The notes under the pieces are model-generated. The model made no database searches. It was not told where the DNA came from and saw only the letters and a program-made list of their open reading frames with translations. From positions 144,832,001 through 144,896,000 of the forward strand of contig NC_043000.1 of NCBI RefSeq assembly GCF_006345805.1: a stretch of DNA of 64,000 nucleotides. Direction: 5' to 3'. Each line of letters begins with the position of its first letter. The stretch's first letter is position 1. Of this stretch, positions 27,050 through 40,292 are shown in pieces. The stretch comes from Octopus sinensis. Lineage: Eukaryota. Both the position numbers and the translations under genes were made by a program.

Positions 27050-28199
27050 GTAAAATAGTACTCATAGAATGTAGGATAATTCTAAGAAACTATTCTGCGT
27101 TATGTCTGTTTCAAAATGTAGTTCTCCGTTTTGATTTGTTAGTTGCCGAATATAGGACAATATTTTGGCGTATTTATATCAATGTATTTATATGAATGTC
27201 TATTTTTTTTTATATCTTGCGGAGATTCTTTTTATTACTTTCTGTTCTATTACTCTTAAATATGTAGCAAATAATTTGGGTCCTTTCGTATAATATTAAT
27301 TTTTATGCGATATATATGTATTCATGTGTACATTAAAACAATAAGAATATGTGATCGAGAGACAAATATGTAGCTCCTATAAGTCAAATATAATGAAAAT
27401 AAGTGAGGAATTTCATTTGCTGAACTCTTGAAGCATGGGTTTTTGCGTGATTGATATGCCTTTCATTAAAGCACTTTTGAGCATATAGTATATATGAAGA
27501 TCCTCGTTGTCTATTATTTGCAATAATTAAAATAATAGTAAACTGCTTCCAGTGGAAGAAAAAACCACGCAGATGATCCAAATGTCTTGCTAATTAAATT
27601 GTATTGATGCATTTACCTTTGGTGCATTATGCTGCGTTACACACCATTGTCTGCTGGTATAAACGCACCGTTTTGTTCTTAACTCACTGTTCATGTAGTT
27701 ATTTCATGTAGTGATATGCCTTCACTTCCTCTCAAATAATATTTATTTAGACTGCATAGCATCTAGTTGTTTTACTCAGAAGGAAGATGGAAGTTTTCTG
27801 ATGTCATTTTCTCCTCACTTCCAAATGAAATTTTATCTGGAAATTTAATGAATTGCAGAACGTGTTTTCTGTATATCTTCACCATATCTGACATTGCACC
27901 AGTAGTTTAGCTTTGTATCAAAACTCATTGAACTTCACACATATATTTCAGAAGCCACTTTTCTAATTCACACTTTCAAATTCTTTCCAACATAGGTATT
28001 TGAGAGATTTGCAAAAATCAAGTTTGTTACAGTAACTCATATCTATACACCTAAATGGATTTAGTTATTATCGTTTAAGTAACTATTTGTTAGCAAAAAG
28101 GATCTAGATTTCTCACCGTGATTACTTTCTTAGTTCATTCTCGGCTTAACTACATATAGTTATCAAAGTTATGAACGATCGTTCGTCGGTAACACTGAC

Positions 28200-28237
<38 letters not shown>

Positions 28238-28243
28238 TTATAT

Positions 28244-28280
<37 letters not shown>

Positions 28281-29106
28281 CTACACCAAGAGATTTTGTG
28301 CGCGTGTATGTGTGAATACCTATATGTGTATTTGTGTGTATATGTTTATGTCTCGCCTATATATGACTATATATGTATATATTTATGTACATGCATCTGT
28401 ATATTCTAGTGTATACATGTATATTATAGATGTATTAGTATGTATATATGCTGCTGAAAAATATCTACGTAATGTTTAATTTTAATTTCAAATTTTAACT
28501 GGATATAACTGTTAATGCATTAATTCATTTATATTTGGTGTATAATTATTTACCATATGTATTTAGACTTCTGCTTCGATTTAAGGTTTTGTTCGACTTA
28601 AATTAAGAACAATTTATACTGAATTTTGTTCATTGCTTGCTTAAGACTGTTATTTGAAAGGACAAATGAAACATGACCACTTTCAAAAATGTATCATTTA
28701 AACTATTTGATTATATAGTCATTTCTCTACAATTGTAACAATTGTGAAACGTGAAACTCCGAGTAACAGATTTTTGTGATATTTTTGCTGCTTTATAATA
28801 AATGATATATATATACACAAATAATGGGGGTTTAGTTCACAGGTGATCTAAACGATTAGGTACATTAAGTAAGTGCCGTAACGGATTACTAGAGCTCCAT
28901 GGTTATAACCGTGACGGTAGTTATGGAGCCATTGCGGATTTCCGAAGCAGCGGATATATATTTGTTAAAGAAGACAACGAACGTTAAGGCAAGGCAAACA
29001 TCGCAAGACATATACAATTCATTTCCAAATATGATATTTGAAAAATTTATGATATTTGAGACTTTTGCCTTGCGTCAACGTTTATTGTCCATTTAAACAA
29101 TACTAT

Positions 29107-29163
<57 letters not shown>

Positions 29164-31130
29164 TGTGTAATTTGCTTTGCAAAATTCTTTTAAATCTAAC
29201 TTGTATGTTTACATTTTCTATTAGTGTGAGTTTATTGCATATAACATATTTTTTTGTAAATGACCTCATAGATGACTATAGAAAGACGGGATTTTACTTT
29301 TTAGTCATTTCCAGGTATTTTTTTAAATTGAGCAAAATATCACTGGTTCGCTTTCCTCATTCTAGAATTATTAAACTATATGTTGGGCACCAAATCCCGC
29401 ACACCATATTACAATTAGAACACTGAGACTCACTTAGCATCATGTGACAGGATTTTCATTTCTGTGTACTATTCATACGTCGCAGCTTTCATTTTTATGA
29501 GGATCTTCCATTTAATAGTCACGAATATTTGGACGGTCATAATAGATATAGCGTTGATTTTTATTTTATGCGTGTTATTGTATATATTAGGGGATTATAA
29601 TAATAATAATAATTATTATTATTATTATTATTATTATTATGATTATTATTACATTATTCCAGATTGATTTTATTGTAGTTTGAATTTATATGAGTTGCGG
29701 GTTTCTGCCTGCAACCTTAGATATCCATATGATTCCAATAAGCCATCAGGTTTTCAAACCCATTCTAATGGTCTTTTCTGCTCCAAAGTGGCAAAACTTC
29801 AATAGAAGCTGTACAGGACATGTTATTCCAATCTCCTTTATCTACTTATCTATTTCATCTCTCACAATCACAAATGCACAGATTATCATCTATCAATCTT
29901 TACATATTTCATCTTCCAAATTCTCGGGATCTCAAATAAGGGGCAGCTTTTTCAACTTCTTGTCGTCTTTATTCGCTATCCCAGAATCAAATGGACGTGA
30001 TTGATCACTCACTATGCACATTCAATTTTCCTGATTAATTCAATATCTGGTTGGTTGTGATCCATTTTCTAATCCGTTAGAATGGGAAAATCCCTCAAAA
30101 CCTTGTATGTTCTGACTCAAATACACTTTCTATACAATTGTTATACCATGTATTTTGTGCTTCAAATCTCTATATTGACAAAGTTTCTAGTGAAAAACAT
30201 CCACAATTTGATCATTGCCCCGTTTTTTGTATTCTACTTAAGCCAACTTGGATCACACTACATAAATTTATGCCAATTGCTTCACTCAAAATTCACATAC
30301 TCTACATTTGTCTGTACGTTTCCCCCACACCCATACAGTAATTTAATCATTTTGTTGTTTGCAGTGCTTGATCTACTGCTATAATAGTACGGCGGTCCAT
30401 TTTCTTTTTTCAATATATCTCAGTTCAAACAAACCCATGATTTTGAAGCACATACTTACTTCGTCGCATTCCAAAATTGACCATGCAAAAGTTTCACTTC
30501 AACCTACTCAGCAAATCCCATTTAAATTTCATTTTGTTCTTTTCTCATTTTCTAATGTTGATCACTTGTCCTTTATTTATTTCTAAAGTGAATTTGTTTT
30601 GCTGTTCTGAAAATAGTTCAGTAGGCAGTTTCGTTACATCCACATCCCACTCTTCTTGTATACTCATAACTTGCAATTTGCTACTTTTTTCATATTATAT
30701 TTTATATGCCACTAATATTCCAGTATTCCAAAACACTTACACCCCTGTCCTATCACATCTGATTTCACTGTTTATTCATTTGGCATTTTAATTCCTTTGC
30801 TTCTGTCAAATGCTCCTTGTTTGTTATCGATAGAGCGTAATTTTGAAGCCTTAATTCCCATAACACATCATTTTAGAAAATGCGAAGTGTTTTGTTGTTT
30901 TTGTTGTTGTTGTTGTTGTTGTTGTTGTGGCTGTTGTTTCTGTTGTTATTCCATTGTAAGAGTTCTCGGCCATACTTGCTCTGGTTCATTCTGTGAAAGC
31001 AGAGAATAAAATGCTGTCAAAGGTTTCACAGGGTCTTTTTCAGCAAATTATAAGCTTTGGTAATTGGATGTTAACTTATGATGGAAGATACTCAACAACC
31101 AAATTATTATTATTATTATTATTGCTATTA

Positions 31131-32128
31131 CTTTTTTTGTCTTCTTTCAAATTTGCTTCCATTTCTTGCCGAGTGTCTTCCCGACTCCTAGGGCAAAGAA
31201 ACTCATAGTATACATTGGTAGGCCATTAAACCAAACTCAATAGTTCGTTCATTTTTTTTTTAAGTTAAATTAAAATACATGAGCAGCAACAGTTCTCACA
31301 TCGACAATGCTCTTCTCAATACGTGTGATGTACGAGTTAAGACAATCTTTTGCACTTCTTGCAGGGATGGTAAGCCAGGGATCATTCTCATATAATTTTC
31401 GGTTCCCTTCTTGATCATTCCTAGTGCTCCTACGATCACTGGTATTGTAACCGCCTTGAGATGCCACATTTTCTCAATTTCAATGAATGAGTAGGTCTTT
31501 ATATTTTCTGAGCTTGTCAAACTCTTTCGCTGAGATATTATGATCACAGGGGATGCTCATTTCGATCAATAAGCAAACTTTATTGTTTTGTCTTTCACAA
31601 CAATATCTGGTTTGCACTTCTTGAAGGGATGGTAAGCCAGGGATCATTCTCATATAATTTTCGGTTCCCTTCTTGATCATTCCTAGTGCTCCTACGAGCA
31701 CTGGTATTGTAACCGCCTTGAGATGTCACATTTTCTCAATTTCAATGAGTAGGTCTTTATATTTTCTGAGCTTGTCAAACTCTTTCGCTGAGATATTATG
31801 ATCACAGGGGATGCTCATGTCGATCAATAAGCAAACTTTATTGTTTTGGTCTTTCACAACAATATCTGGTTTGCACTTCTTGAAGGGATGGTAAGCCAGG
31901 GATCATTCTCATATAATTTTCGGTTCCCTTCTTGATCATTCCTAGTGCTCCTACGAGCACTGGTATTGTAACCGCCTTGAGATGTCACATTTTCTCAATT
32001 TCAATGAGTAGGTCTTTATATTTTCTGAGCTTGTCAAACTCTTTCGCTGAGATATTATGATCACAGGGGATGCTCATTTCGATCAATAAGCAAACTTTAT
32101 TGTTTTGGTCTTTCACAACAATATCTGG
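31131..32128 (-). mobile_element. R4/Dong-like element, subfamily 2: 5'-truncated, with triplicated ~260-bp RLE segment
   Basis: Units 31349-31610, 31611-31869 and 31870-32128 each encode KPDIVV..CLLIDMSIPCDHNISAKEFDKLRKYKDL..GALGMIKKG..QEVQ; one C-terminus and 3' UTR; (TAA)n at both ends (31104-31130, 32129-32162). Confidence 0.92.
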
Positions 32129-32162
32129 TTTTATTATTATCATTATTATTATTATTATTATT

Positions 32163-32906
32163 CAGTAGTTTTATTTTTATAGCGTGCTTTCACTTCACTA
32201 CCGAGCGCAGCTCTGTGTGCCTTGGGTATGTGCTGCGATTTGTTGTGATGCTCTGATGGTTATTGTATGGAAAGTGTTCTGCGTAGGATGTGTGCAGTGC
32301 CTAGTAGTGCAATTTTCTGTATGTTATATGTGTTTGTAAGTCCTGGTGTTTTTGTTATGTATTTGTCTGAATATTTTTTTATCATGCCTAATGCACCTAC
32401 TATGATAGGAATTGTTTCTGTTTTCAGGTTCCACATTCTAGTTATCTCTATTTCCAGGTCTTTGTATTTTGAGAGTTTCTCCATTTCTTTTAGAGACACG
32501 TTGTCATCTGCCGGTATTGATACATCAATTAGAAAGCATTTCTTTTCTTCATGATCTCTGACAACTATATCTGGCCTGTTGGCCTTAATTTCCCTATCTG
32601 TGTGTATCGGCATATCCCAGAGTATGGTTGCTTTCTCGTTTTCTGTGACCTTTTCTGGTGTGTGCCTATACCATCTTTTTTCTGTTGTTATTCCATAATG
32701 TTGGCATAGCTTCCAATGTATGTAGGTTCCAACTCTGTCATGTATGTGAATATATTCCTTCTTAGCCAAGACTGGGCAGCTAGAGATAATATGATTTATT
32801 GTTTCTTGTCCATCTCCACATATTCTGCAGTTACTTGTAATATTTCTTTTCATTACATGTTTTTGGTAATTTCTGGTGGGGAGGCTTTGGTCTTGTGCTG
32901 CAATTA
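32163..32906 (-). mobile_element. R4/Dong-like element, subfamily 1: young 5'-truncated copy
   Basis: Uninterrupted frame from AAQDQSL to TLSIQ* (stop at 32260) with CCHC CRICGDGQETINHIISSC and RLE RPDIVV..IDVSIP..EKLSKYKDL; flanked by (TAA)n on both sides. Confidence 0.96.
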
Positions 32907-32970
32907 TTATTATTATTATTATTATATTATTATTATTATTATTTATTATTATTACTATTACTATTACGAC

Positions 32971-33022
<52 letters not shown>

Positions 33023-33227
33023 ATAGCTTTTATTGGACCGTTATTATTAACATTATCATTAGTTTTATCTTTTAATCTGAGTGTATTTGCTGCAGTTATT
33101 TGTCGGGTCACACACAGCACCCTAAGCCGAGTAAAGGTTAAGAGAGAATGAAATATAACTGAAAGCTTGTAGAAGTCAGTACAGAAATATATTCATATAC
33201 TACAATACAATAAAACCATATACTCTA

Positions 33228-33230
33228 GTG

Positions 33231-33269
<39 letters not shown>

Positions 33270-33270
33270 C
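33228..33270. repeat. (AGT)n microsatellite
   Basis: Direct observation. Confidence 0.95.
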
Positions 33271-33799
33271 TTCTACGGACACAAGAAGGCATTTGGTGTA
33301 TCAGGGATTTGCTGCATCCACCAGATATTTTTGTTTCTCTACCACTAGCGGATGACGTAATTCAAATTTACAGCTTTTGCCTTAGGATCCTCTAAGAACT
33401 TCTTAAAGAGATGGTTCACCTGTGATACTTTTGAGATCGGTTTTTGTATGAAAGCAAAGGCAGCTTCAATAACAGGAACACGTTTTAATGTATTTCAGTT
33501 TCCAGATACTTAAAATTACTCTATCTGCATCACCTGGTTACACGTCCATTTTGCTGGTGGGGGAGGGGGTTCTGTGTGTTGCTGGGACATGTTTCATTGT
33601 GTTTCATCTCCGTTCGTGGGAGTCTGCAAACATCTCCCGGTATTGTATTGCGTCAGTTCTTTTTGTTTACGAGCGCGGTGCAGCTTTTTGTCGTGTTAGT
33701 GTTTGTATTGTGTGTTGAGTGTGTAATGCGTTTGTTTCAAGGCTTACTGGTGGAAGTTTATTTCATTGAATAACTGCGGTATAAACTGTCTTGTGTTTG

Positions 33800-35400
33800 T
33801 TGATTGTCTTTTTTTAGATTGTATTATTCAATTGATAATATCTTGCGTAGAATGCTGGTAGTTACCAGCAGGGCTATTTTTTGAATAGTATGTAGTATTG
33901 AGGATGTGGGTGTAGCTTCTACGGTTTTGTTCATATGTTTTATTTTTGTCATTCCTGATGATTCAATCATTACTGCTATTGTTTATATCTTCATGCCCCA
34001 CATCTAGAGTACATCAATTTCGAATCCTTTGAACTTTGGACATTTTTTCACTTCTTTTTATACAATATTTAGGTTCCTCTAGCCTTCTTCCTGCGACCTT
34101 TCTTTTCGTCTGTTAGTACATTCTGTCTGCCAAGGTGCTGCTCGTAAATGCTTTATGAAAGCATTCCTGTTAACAGCATCCTGCTAGCTGTATTACCCTT
34201 GCTCTTATATTTCATTATAAGTACTGTCCTCCCTCTAGGAATCAAATCTAGAATTATTCCTCCATTAAGGCAATGTTCAAGTCGTTCCCTCAGCCTCCCA
34301 TGTAAACTATGAAATTTCTTTAACCAGTACCCTTGAACTAAATCTGATTCTGGGCCCTTCCGTTTCAGCATATTCCCTAACACTTTACACATTAATTCAC
34401 TTGTCAATTGTAGATGAGGCTGCGTCTCTATCACTACTTCAACCCTGAATTTTTTAAACCATACTGTGTCTCCATCTGACTGACTGCCGAATCCCAAATA
34501 CTACACCAGACACTTTTAGCTTCTTCTGCATTAGGTTTTTAACAGTAGTTTCTTATCTACTAATTATTTGGGTATAAAATCTCCACTGGTCTGTCTCAAT
34601 AATCTATTCTGTTGATACTGGTCTATTCTTTTCTGATGACTGGATAACTTACCTTCTACTGCTATGATACGCTATTTCAACTCTTCTATTACTGTCCCAA
34701 ATCTTTTCTCTTTGATTGAGTATATTTTCTCAAGGGAAGATTTGCATCTTGTGTTTCCTAACTTGTTCGGTTTACAGGCTTCTCTTCCATTCAGATCTTG
34801 TCTTAAAGTCTTACCTTTATTTTGTTGTTTCCTTTACCACATTTGCTCTTTTTAATCTTTCCTTGTGAGATACCTGATCTTCTGGTAAATACTAACCATC
34901 CTGCATTGTTTCCTACAATTATATTATCTGTCGTACTGATAACCGAATCTGCATTCCTAACCATTTCTAGTTGCTTCCTTGTGATGGTGCATTTTAATGC
35001 TGCTAATCTTTTGCTTACTTCTTTACCCGTTACTTCCTGCAACTCATCTAAAATCTTCTGATCCTCCTCATTTAAATCATTTAAGTCGCTAGTGTCAGTT
35101 GTCCCCTCCTTATTGGTAGTACTATTATTATTGGTTCGAGCTGTATCTCTTATATTGTAGTTTGTCTTTCCCCCTGCCTGGACTTTCTTTTCCAGTGCTC
35201 TTCTGATCTCTTCCCCCTCTAATTCTGTAATCCACTTTCTTCTAATAGCATTAGCTTGATCAACTAATTTCTGCTCAGTTACTTTGAATATAATCTTATC
35301 TATTTCGTTTTCGATAGCCTCTTCTTTTAGCTTCACTTTATAACATTATCCCTATCTTCCTGTAAAAATATTGGGGTACTTTTGAACATGTTCTTGAAGA
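33800..35400 (-). mobile_element. Old, internally deleted R4-like element (third subfamily)
   Basis: N-terminal VTEQKLVDQANAIRRKWITELEGEEIRR (34803-35336), pre-RT KGPESDLVQGYWLKKFHSLHGRL..GRTVLI (34153-34497) and RLE C-terminus TIQKIALL..ILRKILSIE* (~33830-34030); most of the RT is missing. Boundaries approximate. Confidence 0.85.
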
Positions 35401-35499
35401 ATCTAACGCGCTTTACATGCCTTGCTATGTGGGCAGCATTAGTACAAACCTTTGGCTTTATGGTTGCTATGGTGCTATCAATATCAAATATTTTTTTCA

Positions 35500-35960
35500 T
35501 AATATATTTTTTGTTTAATTTTTGTGTTTAGTTGGTTTGATTGTCATGTCAAGCTTAAGATTTTTAAACATTCTATGCCAGACCTAAGTAGCTGAATTTG
35601 GTTTTCAATGTATTCTTTCTAAGAAGGCTTTTTGCGGGAAAGTTGTCGTATTCTAATCTTTTCTCCACCCAGAACCGTTGAAATTTTCGCGGATGCATAT
35701 TACAGGTTGTTGACATCTCTAATATCAACAACATTAACTGAAATTATATCCATAAGTGCAAGGTGGATTTTACAAATTATTTTCATGTTTTAGTTAGAAT
35801 TGCGAATTTTTGGGAGAGTGTCCCATTCATTCATACTGGTTTCTTTAATTTTCAGCCATTCAATTATGATTTGGACTTTTAGATCATGTAGTTCTGATAC
35901 ATCAATTTCTGTGTGACTTTCTACATATATTTGCTTTCATCTGCCTTAGTGTTATGGTTG
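35500..35960 (-). mobile_element. Old R4-like N-terminal-region fragment
   Basis: ..DTLPKIRNS..DIRDVNNL*YASAKIS..KEYIENQIQLLRSGI resembles the ..ITELNDLIYAAA.. region of the adjacent full-length copy. Confidence 0.6.
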
Positions 35961-36023
35961 TTTAGGGAGTATTTCATATTACTTATTTAGTGAGATTATT
36001 ATTATTATTATTTTATTATTATT

Positions 36024-39000
36024 CAGTAGTTTTTTTTATTTTATAGCGTGCTTTTACTTCACTACCGAGCGCAGCTCTGTGTGCCTTGGGTATGTGCTGT
36101 GATTTGTTGTGATGCTCTGATGGTTATTGTATGGAAAGTGTTCTGCGTAGGATGTGTGCAGGCCTAGTAGTGCAATTTTCTGTATGTTATATGTGTTTGT
36201 AAGTCCTGGTGTTTTGTTATGTATTTGTCTGAATATTTTATCATGCCTAATGCCACCTACTATGATAGGAATTGTTTCTGTTTTCAGATTCCACATTCTA
36301 GTTACCTCTATTTCCAGGTCTTTGTATTTTGAGAGTTTCTCCATTTCTTTTAGAGACACGTTGTCATCTGCCGGTACTGATACATCAATTAGAAAGCATT
36401 TTTTTTCTTCATGGTCTCTGACAACTATATCTGGTCTGTTGGCCTTAATTTCTCTATCTGGTGTATCGGCATATCCCAGAGTATGGTTGCTTTCTCGTTT
36501 TCTGTGACCTTTTCTGGTGTGTGCCTATACCATCTTTTTTGTTGTTATTCCATAATGTTGGCATAGCTTCCAATGTATGTAAGTTCCAACTCTGTCATGT
36601 CTGTGAATATATTCCTTCTTAGAAGGACTGGGCAGCTAGAGATAATATGATTTATTGTTTCTTGTCCATCTCCACATATTCTGCAGTTACTTGTAATATT
36701 TTTTTTCATTACATGTTTTTGGTAATTTCTGGTGGGGAGGCTTTGGTCTTGTGCTGCAATTAAAAATCCCTCTGTCTCTGCTTTGAGTCCTGAGCTTCTC
36801 AACCATTGCTGGGATTTTTTTTTGTCTATTTCTTTGCGTTTAGTTTAGTCCAGTATTTACCATGAAGGGGCTTTCTTGCCATCGTTTTATCATGGTTCGT
36901 TGCTATTCTATTTTTAGTTTGGATTTCATTTTTTTTATAGCTTTTGTTGTTTCTTCATCTTCTTCTTCTTCTTCTTCATGTTTATTAGGTGGTATGATTT
37001 CTTGTTTGTATTTGTCAGCTTCCTTAAATACTGAGAACAGTTTTTTGTTTTGCTCGTGTTTTGCTGCTATCTGGATCAGTTTTCCTTCCTTCTGAAGTAG
37101 TAGGTATTTTTGCAGTCCTATGGTGGTTATTTTATAGTAGTTTTCCAGCTGTATAAGGCCTCTACACCTTTTATACGTTGTATATATAGTCTTTCTATGT
37201 CCAGATTTTGGGTGATGCATCGTAGATCCTGTCATTATTTTTCTTGTTTTCCTGTCTATTTTGGTCAGTTCATTTCGTGTCCAGTTAAGGATATTGTAGC
37301 TGTAACTTATAACTGGGACAGCTAAGTGTTGATCCCTATTATCTTGTTTTTAGCATTGAGCTCCGTGTTTAGTATTGATCTAACTCGTCTATAATATTCT
37401 TTTTTTTTATTTTCTCTTTCATTTGTGTGTGTGTGTCTTATCTAGTTCATGGATTCCTAAGTATTTGTAAGTTTGGCTTTGGTCTAATTCTTTTATTTCA
37501 TTTGCTTCATCTAGTGTGATGTTGTTACTCTTAACTAGTTTTCTCTTTTCATGTTTACTTTGGCGCATTTTTCTAATCCAAATTTCATATCTATTTCTTT
37601 GGTAAATCCATGAACTGTCTTTAATAGTGTTTCCAGCTGTTTGTCATTTGCAGCGTATAGTTTTAGGTCATCCATATATAAAAGGTGGCTGATCGTTTTG
37701 CCGTAACATTTATATCCGCATCCAGTTCTATTTAGCATATCAGATAGAGGTGACAGTGCCAAGCAGAAAAGGAGTGGAGAGAGCGTATCTCCCTGGAATA
37801 TTCCTCTTCTAATGGGGATGTCTTTGGTTTTCATGAGTCCCTCTTTTGTTGGAGGTGTAGGACTGTTTGCCATTTATTCATAGAGTGCTCTATGAATTTT
37901 ATGATTGTTGGTGCTACTTTGTTAATGGCTAGTGTTTCGAGGATCCATGTGTGGGGATGCTATCAAACGCCTTTTTGTAGTCAATCCAGGCCATACTGAG
38001 GCCTTTCTTCTTTCTGTGGCTGTCTTCAGTTATGGCTTTATTAATCATTAGTTGATCTTTACAGCCATATGAGCCTTTGCGGCATCCTTTCTGCTCTTCT
38101 GGAAACAGTTTGTTTTCGTCCAGGTGCTTGTTCAGCCTTTGTGATATCACTGCAGTAAATGCCTTGAACATAGTAGGGAGGCAGGTTATTTGTCTGTAGT
38201 TTTCTGGTTTTTCTGTTTCATTTGATTTGGGAATTAAGATGGTTTTCCCCTTCGTGAGCCATTCAGGCATTGTCTCTGGCTCTGCTAGTACGTTGTTAAA
38301 GTTTTCAGCCAGCTTTTTGTGCATTCTGTTAGATATTTCAACCAGAGAAGTTGGGGATCTTGTCATGCCAGGTGCCTTCCAGTTGCTTAGTCTTTGCAGT
38401 GCCTGGGTGACCTCTTCAGTTGTTATGGGGGTCCAAGTTTGTTCAGATGCCGAGTTGTTATTTTGATACTCCTTTTTTTTGGTGGTTCGTTCGCCGACCA
38501 TATTTCTCCCCAGAATTCTTCCAATTCTTCTGCCGTTGGTGCTGCAGTGACTTCTATTTTATTTTTGCCCAGTTCTTGGTAGAACTTTTGGGTCGGAGTC
38601 GGAGTTGAACTTTTTGTTCTGTTCAAAGAAGCGTTGGCGTTTCTCGTACCGGCGGATCCTTTGAGCTTTGGCAAGATGTCTTGCTTCAGCTTTTCTTTTA
38701 TCTCCGGAAATCTTTTTCTGTGGTGTTATATTTGCGGAGCATTTTTGTTCTCTTTTTGTTGCTCAGTAGCGTTGCTTGTTTGCTGATTTCATTAAGAATC
38801 GACAGGTTCTTTCTAATTATTTTTATTTTGTTTTGGATGTTATTTATCAACAGGGTTTGTTGGGTGGTGGTACTCCTGTTTGGGCGGGTTTGGGTGAGTA
38901 TCCAGCTTCTTTTGTGGCTGCAGTGGCTGCTGCGTATATCAAGTCATTTAGTTCAGTGATATCACTTTTTTTTGTTTCAGTGGCTAGTTCAGTGACGGCT

Positions 39001-40004
39001 AGGTTTATGTTGTTTATAATTGGTGTTGTTATTGCGTTTATTTTTATTCTTGGGAGGTATGGTGGTGGTCCATTTTGAGCTCTGTGGTTTTTAGTTCTTT
39101 GATTATTTTATTTTTTATATTATCATAATCATTAGGCTCCCCTTCGTTGTTTACATCGTGTTTGTTGGGAATGTTGCGTTTGTCTTCGTGTTTTACAGTT
39201 TCAGTGTTTATATTATTGGGCATTGTTGTGTGGCTTCTATCTACATTTTCCTGGTGTATGTTTTCTTTTAGGTGTTCTGTTTCTATTTCTGATATTTTTT
39301 TTGTGTTGAGAATGTATCTTCGTACGTTAGCTAATTTATTAGGGTTCATTGCTGTATCCAAGTCTAAATCTCTATTATTTTCCTTCCATATTTTATACGT
39401 ATGTGTGTTGTATTTTCATTTTTTGGGTAGAGTACTGCTGTGAAGTATGCGTGTAAGATAGAAATGTATTCCTCACGTGTCCATTTACGTCTTTTGGGTT
39501 TTATTTGCGGGACATGAGGTACAACGTCCGGCCATTATTTTGACGGTCGTCATTTTCGTAGGGTACCGGTCCGTTTATTTCAGTTGTCACATTATTTCGC
39601 ACGTGTAGTTTTTCGTACATTTTTTGTTGTAGGTTTAATGTACGTACCGCTCGATTGTTATTCTTGGGTGAATAGTATCGGTGGCATTTAATTTCTTCGT
39701 AGTTCCTTTGTACATGGTGTTTGGGGTCGGAGATGATTGTGATGTTTCACGCATGTTTACATGTGTTGCGTTAGAGGTGGAGATGATATCGAGTCAAAAT
39801 ACATCATTTCGTTTCGAAAATAGTAATAAGTTTCAATTTGTATTACTTACTCGGATACAGTCCAATTCTTTGTTAGTAAAACTTTGGCTCCATAGGATGT
39901 CCTTGTTTTCGATGATTGTGAATAGGTTTCGGAGCTCTGAATTTTCCTTCTTACATCTTAAAAGTCCCCCGGTGTTCTCTCTTAAAAGTCCCCCGGTGTT
40001 CTCT
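36024..40004 (-). mobile_element. Apparently full-length (~4 kb) R4/Dong-clade non-LTR retrotransposon, subfamily 1
   Basis: Single-ORF layout: N-terminal RRKWTREEY..NKLANVRRYI, RT (NWKAPG, KGKTILIPK, NYRQITCL, EQKGC, AWIDYKKAFDS, GIFQGDTLSPLLF, YMDD), CCHC and RLE; (TAA)n at both ends; 24-bp tandem duplication at the 5' end. Confidence 0.96.
36124..39780 (-). pseudogene. RT-RLE polyprotein ORF of the R4/Dong element (frameshifted in this sequence)
   Basis: Concatenation of ORF-track fragments 39044-39361, 38423-38674, 37929-38501, 37535-37873, 36903-37235, 36545-36802 and 36054-36359 in expected domain order. Start position uncertain; stop inferred by homology with 32260. Confidence 0.9.
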
Positions 40005-40005
40005 C

Positions 40006-40088
<83 letters not shown>

Positions 40089-40097
40089 GTTATTATT

Positions 40098-40261
40098 CAG
40101 TATTCTTATTTTCATAACGTGCTTTCAAAGCACTACCTAACGAATTTCTGTGTGCCTTGGGTATGTGCTGTTGTTTGCTGCGATGCTCATATGGTTACTG
40201 TATCGAGAGTGCTTTACGTGGGATGTGTGCAGTGCCTAGTAGTACTATTTTCTATTTTCTA

Positions 40262-40262
<1 letters not shown>
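40098..40262 (-). mobile_element. Short, diverged 3'-end copy of R4 subfamily 1
   Basis: Homologous to the last ~165 bp of 36024-40004; (TAA)n on both sides. Confidence 0.88.

Positions 40263-40289
<27 letters not shown>

Positions 40290-40292
<3 letters not shown>

Noticed and set aside
32260-33120. 286-aa ORF as a novel protein with a hydrophobic N-terminus
   Set aside because: The poly-Ile/Asn part is read-through of the (TAA)n target; only the part from AAQDQ onward is retrotransposon coding sequence.
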